The notes beneath the pieces are model-generated. The model was given only the letters and a program-made list of their open reading frames with translations. It did no database searches and was not told the DNA's origin. Below, one piece after another: positions 1-9,738 of a stretch of 64,000 nucleotides of DNA (the stretch's first letter is position 1; every line of letters starts with the position of its first letter). The DNA comes from a virus. The position numbers were made by a program, and so were the translations under genes. The stretch spans positions 46,670 to 110,669 of IMG/VR virus record IMGVR_UViG_3300049571_000582, one strand, 5' to 3'.

Positions 1-2
1 AT

Positions 3-101
3 GGACCCTTCGTGGTCGAGGCGATCTTCGATGACGCCACCCACTGCATTCGGGAATTCAAGGTTGGAAAGATCGACGCACCGCAGGGGGCAACCTGCTA
101 A
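3..101 (+). CDS. 3' end of a gene truncated by the window edge (GPFVVEAIFDD...GATC*)
   Basis: Open frame from the window start to TAA at 99-101, just before the next gene. Confidence 0.55.
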   Translation, partial: GPFVVEAIFDDATHCIREFKVGKIDAPQGATC

Positions 102-116
102 TTGGCCGGGGGATCC

Positions 117-3107
117 ATGAGCATCACCGTAAGTTCAATCTCTGTTGTTCAAGGCACCGGCAGCTATGTCATGCAGTCCGTGCTGGAGGTGACTTACACC
201 CTCGCCGCCGACGGATCCAACGCTGACCACCTCTTTGATCTGGAGGCACAGTTTCAGCTCACGACAGCGCTGCCCGCGTGGCACACGGCCTACCTGCATC
301 CCAATCCCCCCGCCGCCGACGTCGCCCAGACATCGGTGTCCCCGGGCACCCACAAGCTGCTGATCCGCGTGCCCACCAGCCTTGACCAGGCGGGGATCGC
401 AAGCCCCTATGCCAACTACACCGCCCAGCTGCTGGTGCGGGTGCGGGCCAAGGACACGACCACCAACGAATACTCCGCCTACGCCCAGAACACCTCCGCG
501 GTCGACCTCAAGGCCAAGAAGCCCCAGATGACCGCCGCGACGATGCCCCAGTGGATCGGCAACATCGGGACCCCCGTTCCCTACATCGCCGTGCCCATCA
601 CCCTGGGCGGCAATGATGGGGCCACGCCGACCACCGGCGATCCCTCGTTCTACCGCGTCTCCCAGGATCTCTCGAACCTCGCCGACGGCGTGGGCCCCTT
701 CACGGTGTGGGAAACCACCGGCGAGTTTGCCTTCAGCTACAGCGATGCCGACGGCGAAAAGGTCGTCTACGCCAAGTGCTATGACCAGTTTTACAACTCC
801 TCGGACGCGATGGAGTTCACCTACTCCGGCACCGCCGGCGAATATCCCTACCTCCAGAAAGCACGGCCATCGAAGACCCGCATCCGGTTGGTCGGCTCGG
901 CGGGCAACGAAGATTACACCGGCATTGCCATCAGCGAGAACGGGAGCTTTTCCGCGGATCGCAGCTGCAAGCTCTATGTCTCGGCCGAGTCCCCGGTCCC
1001 CATGACCTTCCGCATCCTCCCCCAGTCCGACGTGGAAGCCGCGGCGAATGTGAACGTGGACATCGATTATCAGCCGGCCAACGTGCTGCAGATCGTGCAC
1101 CTGACAACCAATCCCCTGAGCCCCTCCGACGACGACAAAGACATGGACGCGACGGTGACCGTCGTTGTGTCCGTCGCCGATGCGGCCGGGAACGGCGACA
1201 CGCTCTATGCCTCCATCCGCCTCAACACCCGCCTCTACGCCTCCCACTTCAAGCCGCTCAAGGCGGAGGACGCCAACTACCGCCACATGCTTCGGGAAGT
1301 CGGAAGCAGCGGCAACGAAGCAACCATCCCGCGCAGCACCCTGGTCTCCGACCGCCCGGTTCGCGCGTGGCCCGACATCTTTTATCCCTCCAGCCACAGC
1401 TACCCCACCGACGCCTTTGGGCAATTCGACGAGGCCGCGGCCATTGCCATGAATGGCGTGTCCAATTCCATGTTCGACGCGGTGACCCTGCAAGCGAGCA
1501 CCGCGGGCATCAACGGCAGTGGCAAGGTGGTGGTGTATGACGATCAGGGGCGGCCGGTCACCAGCGGCTGGACCTCCGATGGATCGAAGAACTACCAGGG
1601 AATGCTTTCGTCCAGCGTCGCGAACATGACCTACTGGACGATCGACAACGACGGCTTTGGCGACTTCGCCCTGGACTTTGAATACTTCGATCTCGACCCC
1701 AACGCCTACGGCCCCCCATTCAACCCGCTCTCGCCCTATCGCGGCGACGTGCTGTGCATCTATGACGCGACCACGCCAGGTGCGATGAGCGTGGCAGTGG
1801 ATCCGGCTACGGGACGAAAGCAGTACACCCTCGCCGACTCCACGAAGCTCAAGCTCCTCATGGCATTCACCGGCGGAGGCACCCACGTGATGGACCTCGT
1901 GTCGCGGAAGATCGTCAACGCCAACACGCAGGGCGGCTTTACCACCGAGGTGATCCGCGGGATCCCGCAGGTGGTCATGATCCTCTACACCGACGCCGAC
2001 GGCGAGAGCGCCGGGTTCAAACTCAAGAGCGGACCGCGGCATGACCACGAGTGGACCAATTACGACGTCGACGAGAAGAACGGTCAGTTCTGGGTGCACA
2101 AGCATGAAACCCTCGGCACCGCCCCGGGGGCCTCGGACGACACGACCAAGCGTTTGATCGGCACGTATCTCAGCAGCGATGTGACGATTCACCACGACAC
2201 AGGTGAGATCGAGTTCGCTGTCGCACCGGTTGGCACGGTCACCGCCGATTACACCTACTACACCTCGGACACCTTCCCCACGACGACGCTGATGGCCAGC
2301 AAGGACGACATCGTTCATTACAGCGAGCCGGAAGTGTACATCCTGCAGGCCGGGGAATCGGTGCCCAGCGATACGACCCGCAACGCGATCTTTGAGATTG
2401 ACGGCTTCGGGAGAATCACCACGGGCATCAGCTGGAACAAGGATGCGGGCCTCGTCGAATTCGAGGACATCTCCGTGCTCCCCACCGGCCGGCGTCTGTG
2501 CGCGGAATTCCACCACCACACCTACAAACGCATCAGCAGCGACGGCTTTGGCGACCTGACGTTCAATGACTCGATCCTGGTTGCGGACAACACGCCTTCG
2601 TATCCCGACTACACCTTCACCGACATCAAGATGGTCAACGAAGGCGACGCGATGATCGAGACCGGAAAGATGGTCTTTGTCGCCCGCGGCTTTGACACCA
2701 ACGGCGATGGCGTGGTGCTGGTGCCGGGCATTGATCCGCAATACCCCACCCCCGAAAGCATCGTGGACCGGGTGCTGGACATCAACCGCCCCTGGGATGT
2801 TCAGCGCGGCACCAAGGAGGAGACCTACGACGTGATGGCCTGCGCCTTCTCGTCGAGCTTCATCTGGACGCGGGCATGCCTCAAGAGTGGCGGCACCGAT
2901 GCCTCGAACACCTCGGCCACCGGGATCCTGGGCACCTGGAAGAACAAGAGCTTCGGGAACATCCCCGCTCGCGGGCATCTCTTTGGCCGCGTGGTGTGGG
3001 TGCTGGGCGGGACCTCGGGGACAAGCTATCCCCAGAAGACCACCGCCGGCCCCAAACGCTGCAGCTTCGAGGTTTCGGGCAAGTATTACGTGCCTCCCAC
3101 CATCTAA
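117..3107 (+). CDS. Large putative virion (tail/baseplate/adhesin) protein with beta-rich modules and a CUB-like domain
   Basis: About 996 aa, ATG 117 after GGGGG. Repeated xxD/NxxxGxxxF...ADY-type beta modules. CUB-like signature FALDFEYFDLD...DVLCIYD...LYTDADGESAGFKL. Confidence 0.65.
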   Translation: MSITVSSISVVQGTGSYVMQSVLEVTYTLAADGSNADHLFDLEAQFQLTTALPAWHTAYLHPNPPAADVAQTSVSPGTHKLLIRVPTSLDQAGIASPYANYTAQLLVRVRAKDTTTNEYSAYAQNTSAVDLKAKKPQMTAATMPQWIGNIGTPVPYIAVPITLGGNDGATPTTGDPSFYRVSQDLSNLADGVGPFTVWETTGEFAFSYSDADGEKVVYAKCYDQFYNSSDAMEFTYSGTAGEYPYLQKARPSKTRIRLVGSAGNEDYTGIAISENGSFSADRSCKLYVSAESPVPMTFRILPQSDVEAAANVNVDIDYQPANVLQIVHLTTNPLSPSDDDKDMDATVTVVVSVADAAGNGDTLYASIRLNTRLYASHFKPLKAEDANYRHMLREVGSSGNEATIPRSTLVSDRPVRAWPDIFYPSSHSYPTDAFGQFDEAAAIAMNGVSNSMFDAVTLQASTAGINGSGKVVVYDDQGRPVTSGWTSDGSKNYQGMLSSSVANMTYWTIDNDGFGDFALDFEYFDLDPNAYGPPFNPLSPYRGDVLCIYDATTPGAMSVAVDPATGRKQYTLADSTKLKLLMAFTGGGTHVMDLVSRKIVNANTQGGFTTEVIRGIPQVVMILYTDADGESAGFKLKSGPRHDHEWTNYDVDEKNGQFWVHKHETLGTAPGASDDTTKRLIGTYLSSDVTIHHDTGEIEFAVAPVGTVTADYTYYTSDTFPTTTLMASKDDIVHYSEPEVYILQAGESVPSDTTRNAIFEIDGFGRITTGISWNKDAGLVEFEDISVLPTGRRLCAEFHHHTYKRISSDGFGDLTFNDSILVADNTPSYPDYTFTDIKMVNEGDAMIETGKMVFVARGFDTNGDGVVLVPGIDPQYPTPESIVDRVLDINRPWDVQRGTKEETYDVMACAFSSSFIWTRACLKSGGTDASNTSATGILGTWKNKSFGNIPARGHLFGRVVWVLGGTSGTSYPQKTTAGPKRCSFEVSGKYYVPPTI

Positions 3108-3128
3108 GGAAAAAGGCTTAGACACACC

Positions 3129-6100
3129 ATGGCAACGGTTCGGCCGGACATTCTCGTGAAGGTCGGGTCCGGTCCGCTCGACGCTGTTGGCGAATGGGCG
3201 GCCGTGGACACCCCCACGCCCTACGTTGAGTGGTCCGCCCCGCTCCTGAACCAGTTTCGCTTCTCGGTGAAGATTGCATGCGTGGAATCCGGTGCGACTG
3301 CAGTCGCCACCAGCGGGCCGCGCACGGGAACTGACCAGCATTTCCGTTTCCCCGTGGGCGTGGGAATGGGGCCGGGGTTTGCCGGCCTTTGCACCGTCGA
3401 AGTGGCCCTCAGCCAGAACTCCACCGGCGACTTCGAATTCATCTCGCCGCCTTTCTACTTCGTCTACGATCCCTACACCGAAAATCTTTTCCGGGCACGC
3501 AAACTCACGCTGCGGTTCAATCCTGGTGATGATCCCGATGCCTTGCCGCAAAATGGGGGACGCCAATATCACGCGCAGGTGGCGTCGGATCCTCTGTTCA
3601 TGAACGTGCTCTGGGAGAACAGCGCCATCGCCGCCGGCCCCGCGGCCGAGGTGTCCTACGACGTTCCTCAGGAAGATCTCACCCTTGAGACCAACCGTAT
3701 CTACTTCTTCCGCGTGCGCATGTCCGACGGCCTCGATTTTGGCGACTGGTCGATCGTCAATGCCTTCCGCAATTTTCAGGATCTGCCGCCGGTTGTGCGG
3801 TTCGTCTCCGTGGGTCCCTCCACTGGCGACGCCGGCGACGTGCTGATCACCTTCGACATCGACGACGCCGCGCGGGTGCCGGCAAGCGTCGAGTTCTACT
3901 ACGTCGATGGAACTGGTCCGGGAGACCGACAGCCCCTGAGCCTCGTGGAGTCCGCCGGTCACCTGATGCCTGGACGCCACAGCGTCACGTGGCGGACCAT
4001 GAACCAGCTCTCCCGCAGCAAGCATGACCAGATCATGCTCTTTGCGCGGGCACGGGATTCAAGGAACTACGGCCCAGAGGCGGCATTTGGCCCGGCGGTC
4101 ATCGACAACTCGGCGATCCCCGTGCCCGTGGGCGGCATCGGCACTGACCGCTGGAGATTCTCTGTGGCCGGCTGGGCCGCCAATCCCGGCAAGTCGCTGG
4201 ACCTTGACCCCGTCGACATGCCCGTCCAAATGGCCATCGGCGACGATGCCCTGAATGTCGATCAGCAGTTGCCGGTGGCGGCGGGGCAGGTGTGGAAGCC
4301 CAGCACGTACGACCAGGTCCTCCCAACGCAGATGCCGACCCTTGTCGACAGCATCCTCCACATCGCCGGCCAGGGGCTCTCCCCACTCGACGGGGTCTAC
4401 GTTTGGGTTCCCCAGCAAACGCCCGATGGTCCGGGGGCCATGACCAAGAAGCTCGACCATTTCCTCCTGCAGACGCCCACCGGTCCGGTGCGTTTGCCGG
4501 CGACGGTGACGACGGTTCATGGCACCACGGCGATCAATGAAACCAGCGTCACTCGCCAGTTCGACGGTGGCTGCGTTGCCACCACGGGCACCTACCCCGG
4601 CGGCATCACCGCGGACATGAACCCGATCGACTTTCCCGCCCGCGGCATTCTCTGGCGGTCCGAAGCCCTTTCGCTCTCGGGTCCTGTCGCCGGCGAGACG
4701 GCCCAGCCATTCAACTATTTCTTCTCTGGCATCTCCCCCGACAGCCACCCCGGCCACGCCCTCCAGCCCCGCCCCGGCCAGCTGGGCGGCTTTCGCGTCT
4801 CGGGCTCGCTGGGTCGCTCGTGGAGCACGGTGGATCTGGGCTTTGCGTTTCTCCAGGCGTACTGGGACGCCTACAACACCGTGCACTGGCGGGCGACGGC
4901 ATCCGAGACCTCCTCGGTGCGGATTCAGTTTTGCCGGGTGCTCGACGATGGCAGCGAGCCCGTCTTCATCGACGTTCGCGGTGACAATGCCGCCTTCTCT
5001 GAAGAGACCGGCCGCTGGATCACCGACCCGCTGGTGTTCAACATCTACTGGGACACCTCCGACCGCACGGCGATCCCCAGCGGGGGAACCTACCGGCTGC
5101 GGATCCGCCAGTGCGACCCGAAGTCACGCACCATCGGCGACTGGGTGTACAGCAGCGACTTTCAAATCATCAACGGCATCACCAACCCCGTCAGCATTCT
5201 CAGCGAGATCTATGAGCCGTGGTCCAAGACGGTGACGATCGAGCTTCGATGCGACAGCAGCACGGGGGAGTATTACACCCTCACCAACTTCTGGTACTCC
5301 ACCGATGACGGGTTCACCTGGAAACGCATCAGCATCGGCGACATCTCCGGGGCCCGCGCACATCTTTCCAGCCTCCCCGGTGAGAACCGGCACGTGATTG
5401 TTTGGGACACCAGCGGCTACAACGTGAGCGCCTCCAACAACGTCCGGGTGAAAATCGCCTGTGCGCCCGCAGAGGCCCTTTCGGCGATTCAGGTGCCCTT
5501 CTTCAAGTGGCTCACACCCGCCAATCCCTACGTCGACGCCGCGGAAAGTCAGGCCGTCGATCTGCTGGGCCGCTGGGAAACGCGGGTCTACGATCCCGCC
5601 ACCGGGACCATCGTTCCGGCGGTCCCGCCGGTGCGGGTGCCTGGAACCCTGACCATGCTCCAGCAGCAGGCTGAAGGGGTCCGGCAGGATCCATCGACGG
5701 GAGCACCGCAGGGGGCCTACAGCTTTTTGACGCCCGATGCCAACGGCTTGATCACTGGAAAGAGCTGGCCCGGCGGCGGGGGGAGCCGGTGGGCCGTCGC
5801 CGACCAGGACGGATACAAGGCATGGCTGGCGGCTCCCTTCACGCCGATCGAGACCCACGCCCAGGCCCTCTCCCGCATCAGCCAACAGATGGACTACATC
5901 ACGGCTGTGCAACTTCCCGCCCTTCAGAAAACCATCGCCGCCGGCGAGAAGCGGGTGCGCAAGCGGCTCATGGATCAGGGATACTTCGCCGAGGAATTCT
6001 TCCCGGTCATCAATGGCAAGATCACCGAGACGATCACGGCTCCCGCCAACGGCGTGGAGATCAGCAACGTGGGAAACGATGGCGTCCGCGACGTGGTCCG

Positions 6101-7973
6101 GTGGTGGCGATTCCGTGTGCAGACCAGGGCCGAGGGCCCCGACGGTGTGTACGAGGCCGACGGCAACTATGCGCCGGTGGATCTGTGCGACCTCGAGCGC
6201 GTCCTCTACGAATTTGAACTCGACGCTGCACCCACCTTTGACAGCCAGTCCGGAGGCAATCCTCTTCGCCGCAAATTCAGCAACTACGACGGCTCACTGC
6301 TGGCGGTCGCGACGGCGACATCGCAGGCGGACTCCCCCGACGCCCCCGCGGCCTATCAGGGGGCGGTGCTCAAACTGCCTCCCTCCGAGCTGCCCGGGAA
6401 GGTCGCCGGCGATGAGCCCGCGTCTGGCCAGGAGAGTTTCGAGGCGACCTACCAGTGGCGGGTCGCCGCATACAACCGCTTCACCGGCGATGTCACCGCC
6501 CGCCCGCGGCCGCGGATCACCGCCGCCTCGGTGGATCACGACACCGGCACCGGCGTTTTCGAGTACCTCGCCCAGGCCCACCCGATGATCACCACGATGA
6601 GTCTTGGGGTCGATCCGGAGATGGGCGGGAGCCACGTCAACGGCTACGCGATCAGCGGCACCTTCCTGGCGATGCCGGCGTGGGTCGATGAGACCGAGCT
6701 GGCATGGATCTCCGATCGCCGCGCACCGCTTGAAGATGGAAATCCCAGCCGGCAGATCAACAGCCTCAACTGGGTGTGGCCCAACACCGACCGCAAGCGC
6801 GTCTCGTTTCTCTACGACGAAGCGAAGGGCCAGTACGTCGGGTTCATGGCCAAGAGCGATCCCAACGATCTCAGTGGGCAGCGTCATCGAATCGTCGGCA
6901 TCCGCGCGATGGAGTTGGGAAAGCCCTGCGAATACGACGTCTACTTCGCCGACAACCCGGCGCTTGCGATTTATGGACCGTGCGTGGTCCGCGTCAACGG
7001 GACGTACCGGCTCTATGTGACGGTGCAGGACACGGCTGCATCCCAGCCGCGGATCATGACCGCCAGCAGCAGCGACGGTGACTCCTGGTCCGCGCTTGTG
7101 GAAACCGGCGTCGACCTGGGTGCCAACCCCAGCGTGGTCTTCGACGGCACACACTTTGTGATGTTCTTTGAGAAGCCCTCGACGGCTGTTCAGTCACCCG
7201 ATCCCTCGCCTGAATCCCCCTCGATCGAGTCGAGCGGATATGCGCTGCTGGAAACCGGCGGGTCGGCGAGGGTCCGCGCGCCCCAGCAGGCGACGATCCA
7301 CGGTGCCGCCTCGGGGCCGGCGTCGGTGCAGATCCACTACGCCACCTCGGTTGATGGTGTGAACTTCGGCGTCAGCACACAGGCCACCGCCGACCCCTAC
7401 GGTGCACAGGCACCCGGGGCGGTCCGCCTCAACGGTGCATGGGTTGTCTACTACCAGAGCGGCAACTTCATCGTCTCGGTCGCGGGGCTGACGCCGGGCA
7501 CCCTCTCGGGGCGAAGGACCGAGCGGTCGCCGGTGAATGGATTTTCCCCGATGCACCCGATGCCTTTTGTCGATCTTTACCAGGGCAACGAAGAGCTCTT
7601 CCTTGCCTACACCGCGCGGAAGGGGTCCGACTATCGCACCCGGATCGTTCGTCTGGAGGACCGGGTGTGGGTTCAGGGGAACACCGACAAGATCTTTGGA
7701 GCCCCGGGCCACCTGCTGAACGTTCCAAGTTCCGCCGCGGGCATTGAGCGACAGGTGCGTGTCGACTTGCTGAGTCACGGCATCAGCGAAGGGGCGAGCA
7801 TCAAGGTCCGCCTCAACTTCACGGACTGGTCCCCGACATCCAAGACCTACCTGCGGCAATCCGACTGGGTGTCGGCAAGCAACGCGGAGGAGACCGGCAG
7901 CGTCGTGAGCCCGGAGAGCTTCACCTACACGTCACTGCTTGATGCGTTTCCCTATTTGAGGATTGCCTCATGA
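3129..7973 (+). CDS. Very large putative virion protein with FN3-like domains and a C-terminal GH32/GH43-like beta-propeller
   Basis: 1614 aa. FN3-like YFFRVRMSDGLDFGDWS, Asp-box YSTDDGFTW, and propeller blades GPCVVRVNGTYRLY / SSSDGDSW / NPSVVFDGTHFVMFF / ATSVDGVNF. Confidence 0.65.
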   Translation: MATVRPDILVKVGSGPLDAVGEWAAVDTPTPYVEWSAPLLNQFRFSVKIACVESGATAVATSGPRTGTDQHFRFPVGVGMGPGFAGLCTVEVALSQNSTGDFEFISPPFYFVYDPYTENLFRARKLTLRFNPGDDPDALPQNGGRQYHAQVASDPLFMNVLWENSAIAAGPAAEVSYDVPQEDLTLETNRIYFFRVRMSDGLDFGDWSIVNAFRNFQDLPPVVRFVSVGPSTGDAGDVLITFDIDDAARVPASVEFYYVDGTGPGDRQPLSLVESAGHLMPGRHSVTWRTMNQLSRSKHDQIMLFARARDSRNYGPEAAFGPAVIDNSAIPVPVGGIGTDRWRFSVAGWAANPGKSLDLDPVDMPVQMAIGDDALNVDQQLPVAAGQVWKPSTYDQVLPTQMPTLVDSILHIAGQGLSPLDGVYVWVPQQTPDGPGAMTKKLDHFLLQTPTGPVRLPATVTTVHGTTAINETSVTRQFDGGCVATTGTYPGGITADMNPIDFPARGILWRSEALSLSGPVAGETAQPFNYFFSGISPDSHPGHALQPRPGQLGGFRVSGSLGRSWSTVDLGFAFLQAYWDAYNTVHWRATASETSSVRIQFCRVLDDGSEPVFIDVRGDNAAFSEETGRWITDPLVFNIYWDTSDRTAIPSGGTYRLRIRQCDPKSRTIGDWVYSSDFQIINGITNPVSILSEIYEPWSKTVTIELRCDSSTGEYYTLTNFWYSTDDGFTWKRISIGDISGARAHLSSLPGENRHVIVWDTSGYNVSASNNVRVKIACAPAEALSAIQVPFFKWLTPANPYVDAAESQAVDLLGRWETRVYDPATGTIVPAVPPVRVPGTLTMLQQQAEGVRQDPSTGAPQGAYSFLTPDANGLITGKSWPGGGGSRWAVADQDGYKAWLAAPFTPIETHAQALSRISQQMDYITAVQLPALQKTIAAGEKRVRKRLMDQGYFAEEFFPVINGKITETITAPANGVEISNVGNDGVRDVVRWWRFRVQTRAEGPDGVYEADGNYAPVDLCDLERVLYEFELDAAPTFDSQSGGNPLRRKFSNYDGSLLAVATATSQADSPDAPAAYQGAVLKLPPSELPGKVAGDEPASGQESFEATYQWRVAAYNRFTGDVTARPRPRITAASVDHDTGTGVFEYLAQAHPMITTMSLGVDPEMGGSHVNGYAISGTFLAMPAWVDETELAWISDRRAPLEDGNPSRQINSLNWVWPNTDRKRVSFLYDEAKGQYVGFMAKSDPNDLSGQRHRIVGIRAMELGKPCEYDVYFADNPALAIYGPCVVRVNGTYRLYVTVQDTAASQPRIMTASSSDGDSWSALVETGVDLGANPSVVFDGTHFVMFFEKPSTAVQSPDPSPESPSIESSGYALLETGGSARVRAPQQATIHGAASGPASVQIHYATSVDGVNFGVSTQATADPYGAQAPGAVRLNGAWVVYYQSGNFIVSVAGLTPGTLSGRRTERSPVNGFSPMHPMPFVDLYQGNEELFLAYTARKGSDYRTRIVRLEDRVWVQGNTDKIFGAPGHLLNVPSSAAGIERQVRVDLLSHGISEGASIKVRLNFTDWSPTSKTYLRQSDWVSASNAEETGSVVSPESFTYTSLLDAFPYLRIAS

Positions 7974-8365
7974 GCACGATCCCAACAGAGAACCCCGGCG
8001 TCAGCCCCCCGTTTCCAGTCAGTGGCGAGGAGTTCATTCTTCGGCACATCCAGGCGATCACCCGCGTGCAGATCGAGGGCGTCGAGCCGCCGACCCTTGG
8101 GCTTCAAGCGGGCTACTCGCCGGCGGTGGTGATGACCAACCGGTGGTTTCCATGGATCGATGAGAAGCTCGTCGAGCCCAAATATGACGGGGTGTCGCAG
8201 TACCTGGGGATCCCCTCGAACCAGCCCACTCCCATTCGCGATTACCACATGCTGTCCTTGTTCCGGGCCGTTGATGCGATCCTCGCGCCCGCGTACACGG
8301 GCCTCATTATGTCGCAGGTCGACTCAATCATGCCGGAGAGTCCGCCTTTATCGCCAAGTCATTGA
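7970..8365 (+). CDS. Hypothetical protein
   Basis: ATGA overlap with the upstream gene, GAGG RBS, phage-like codon usage. Confidence 0.7.
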   Translation: MSTIPTENPGVSPPFPVSGEEFILRHIQAITRVQIEGVEPPTLGLQAGYSPAVVMTNRWFPWIDEKLVEPKYDGVSQYLGIPSNQPTPIRDYHMLSLFRAVDAILAPAYTGLIMSQVDSIMPESPPLSPSH

Positions 8366-8444
8366 AGATAAAGCCTTTTGAGACTACCGAAGTTGTGAAT
8401 GAGTTGCCATAGCATCTGATGAAGATGTCCGGGGGGTTCTGCGC

Positions 8445-9107
8445 ATGTGGCTACAAATTTGGCTCACCATCCTCGGAGAGGCGCTCAAGTCGCCTCTCGA
8501 GTATTGCGGGGGGAAAGTGGGCAAATGGCTTGGCGTACATGTAACACATCGCCTGACGCTCCCGGAAACGATCGAACGGACCCAGGCGCTCCGGAACAAG
8601 ATGGCCGAGCTTCGCGTCCTCGTCGGCGCTGACCGGGTCGGGATTTTCCAGTTTCACAACGGCGGCACCTTCAGCAACAAGAATCCGCAGTGGCGCGTGA
8701 GCTGCACCGACGAAGTTCACGCCCCTGGCGTGGAGCCCGCCGACGCCTCCACCCAGGCCGTCTTCGCCAGCCGGCTCATGGAAATGGTTGCCCACCTGTT
8801 CGACAAAAAGTTGATGCAGGATCACGTGTCCTGCCCCGGTGAAAACACCTTCCTGCTGTCGGTCGACCGCATGGCCGATGGGTTCACCAGGAACCTGTTG
8901 TGCGTGCAGGGCGTTCGCTCCATCCTCCAGTCGCCCCTCTTTGATCGCGACGGAATGATCTGCGGCTACCTCGCTGCAGACTTTTGCGACTTTGGACATG
9001 GGACGCACGTGGGCGACCAAAAGATCGTCGAGAACCTCGCGGCGTTTCAGCGGTATGTGCCCCAGATCGAGTTTGCCCTTGTGGCGAAAACACCGATGGG
9101 GGATTAA
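8445..9107 (+). CDS. GAF-fold phage protein (possible holin-like)
   Basis: ADRVGIFQFHNGG motif and GVRSILQSPLFDRDGMICGYLAADF, typical of GAF-like domains. Confidence 0.55.
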   Translation: MWLQIWLTILGEALKSPLEYCGGKVGKWLGVHVTHRLTLPETIERTQALRNKMAELRVLVGADRVGIFQFHNGGTFSNKNPQWRVSCTDEVHAPGVEPADASTQAVFASRLMEMVAHLFDKKLMQDHVSCPGENTFLLSVDRMADGFTRNLLCVQGVRSILQSPLFDRDGMICGYLAADFCDFGHGTHVGDQKIVENLAAFQRYVPQIEFALVAKTPMGD

Positions 9108-9135
9108 GGAAAAAGGTTCGGGGGAAGCACCGGCT

Positions 9136-9738
9136 ATGGTGGCGACGATGGAGCCGCAACGGCTAAAGACCTGCACCAGGTGCCAGGTCTCAATGCCTGC
9201 GACCACTGAATTCTTCAACCGCAAGGCAGATGCCCCATCTGGATTGCACGCAAGGTGCAAGCAGTGTGTTCGGGACTACCACAAGCAATGGCGCAAGTCT
9301 CCGTCAGGTGCTGCCTCCACTCGCAAGACGTATGAGAAGAAAGGCACCCTGCCGCGACCGGCGATCAGCGCCTTAGCCTGTGCACGATGCAAGGTCGAAA
9401 AACCTGCCACGGCCGAATTCTTCTACCGGAATGCAAAGAACGCCACGGGTTGGGGGAGCTACTGCAAGGGCTGCCACAAGCCGCTCGCCAAGGCTTGGAA
9501 AAGGTCCCACCGCTACAAGATCACACCAGACGAATTCCACTCGCTCACTCAAAAGCACCAGTCCTGTGCCATCTGCAAGTTGCCATTCAATGGATCGCCG
9601 CAGGTCGACCACTGCCATGTCACCGGAAAGGTGCGTGGTCTCCTCTGCTACAAGTGCAACACGCTCCTGGGGCATGCAGACGACAGTCCAGAAATTCTTG
9701 AATCGGCGATCCGCTACCTGAAGGAGCATGGAAACTAA
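9136..9738 (+). CDS. Endonuclease VII-type HNH endonuclease with two N-terminal Zn-finger repeats
   Basis: CAIC...VDHCHVTGKVRGLLCYKCNTLLG; two CxxC...PATxEFFxR...CKxC repeats. Confidence 0.88.
   Translation: MVATMEPQRLKTCTRCQVSMPATTEFFNRKADAPSGLHARCKQCVRDYHKQWRKSPSGAASTRKTYEKKGTLPRPAISALACARCKVEKPATAEFFYRNAKNATGWGSYCKGCHKPLAKAWKRSHRYKITPDEFHSLTQKHQSCAICKLPFNGSPQVDHCHVTGKVRGLLCYKCNTLLGHADDSPEILESAIRYLKEHGN

Noticed and set aside
135-4025. 1296-aa - strand ORF, and similar long antisense ORFs (e.g. 40612-42387, 13207-14373, 60268-61452)
   Set aside because: Shadow frames of high-GC3 genes on the opposite strand; no motifs and typical V/G/D/R-rich antisense composition
8369-8393. sigma28-like promoter TAAA...ACCGAAGT
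   Set aside because: 13-nt spacer is shorter than the canonical 15 and there is only one instance
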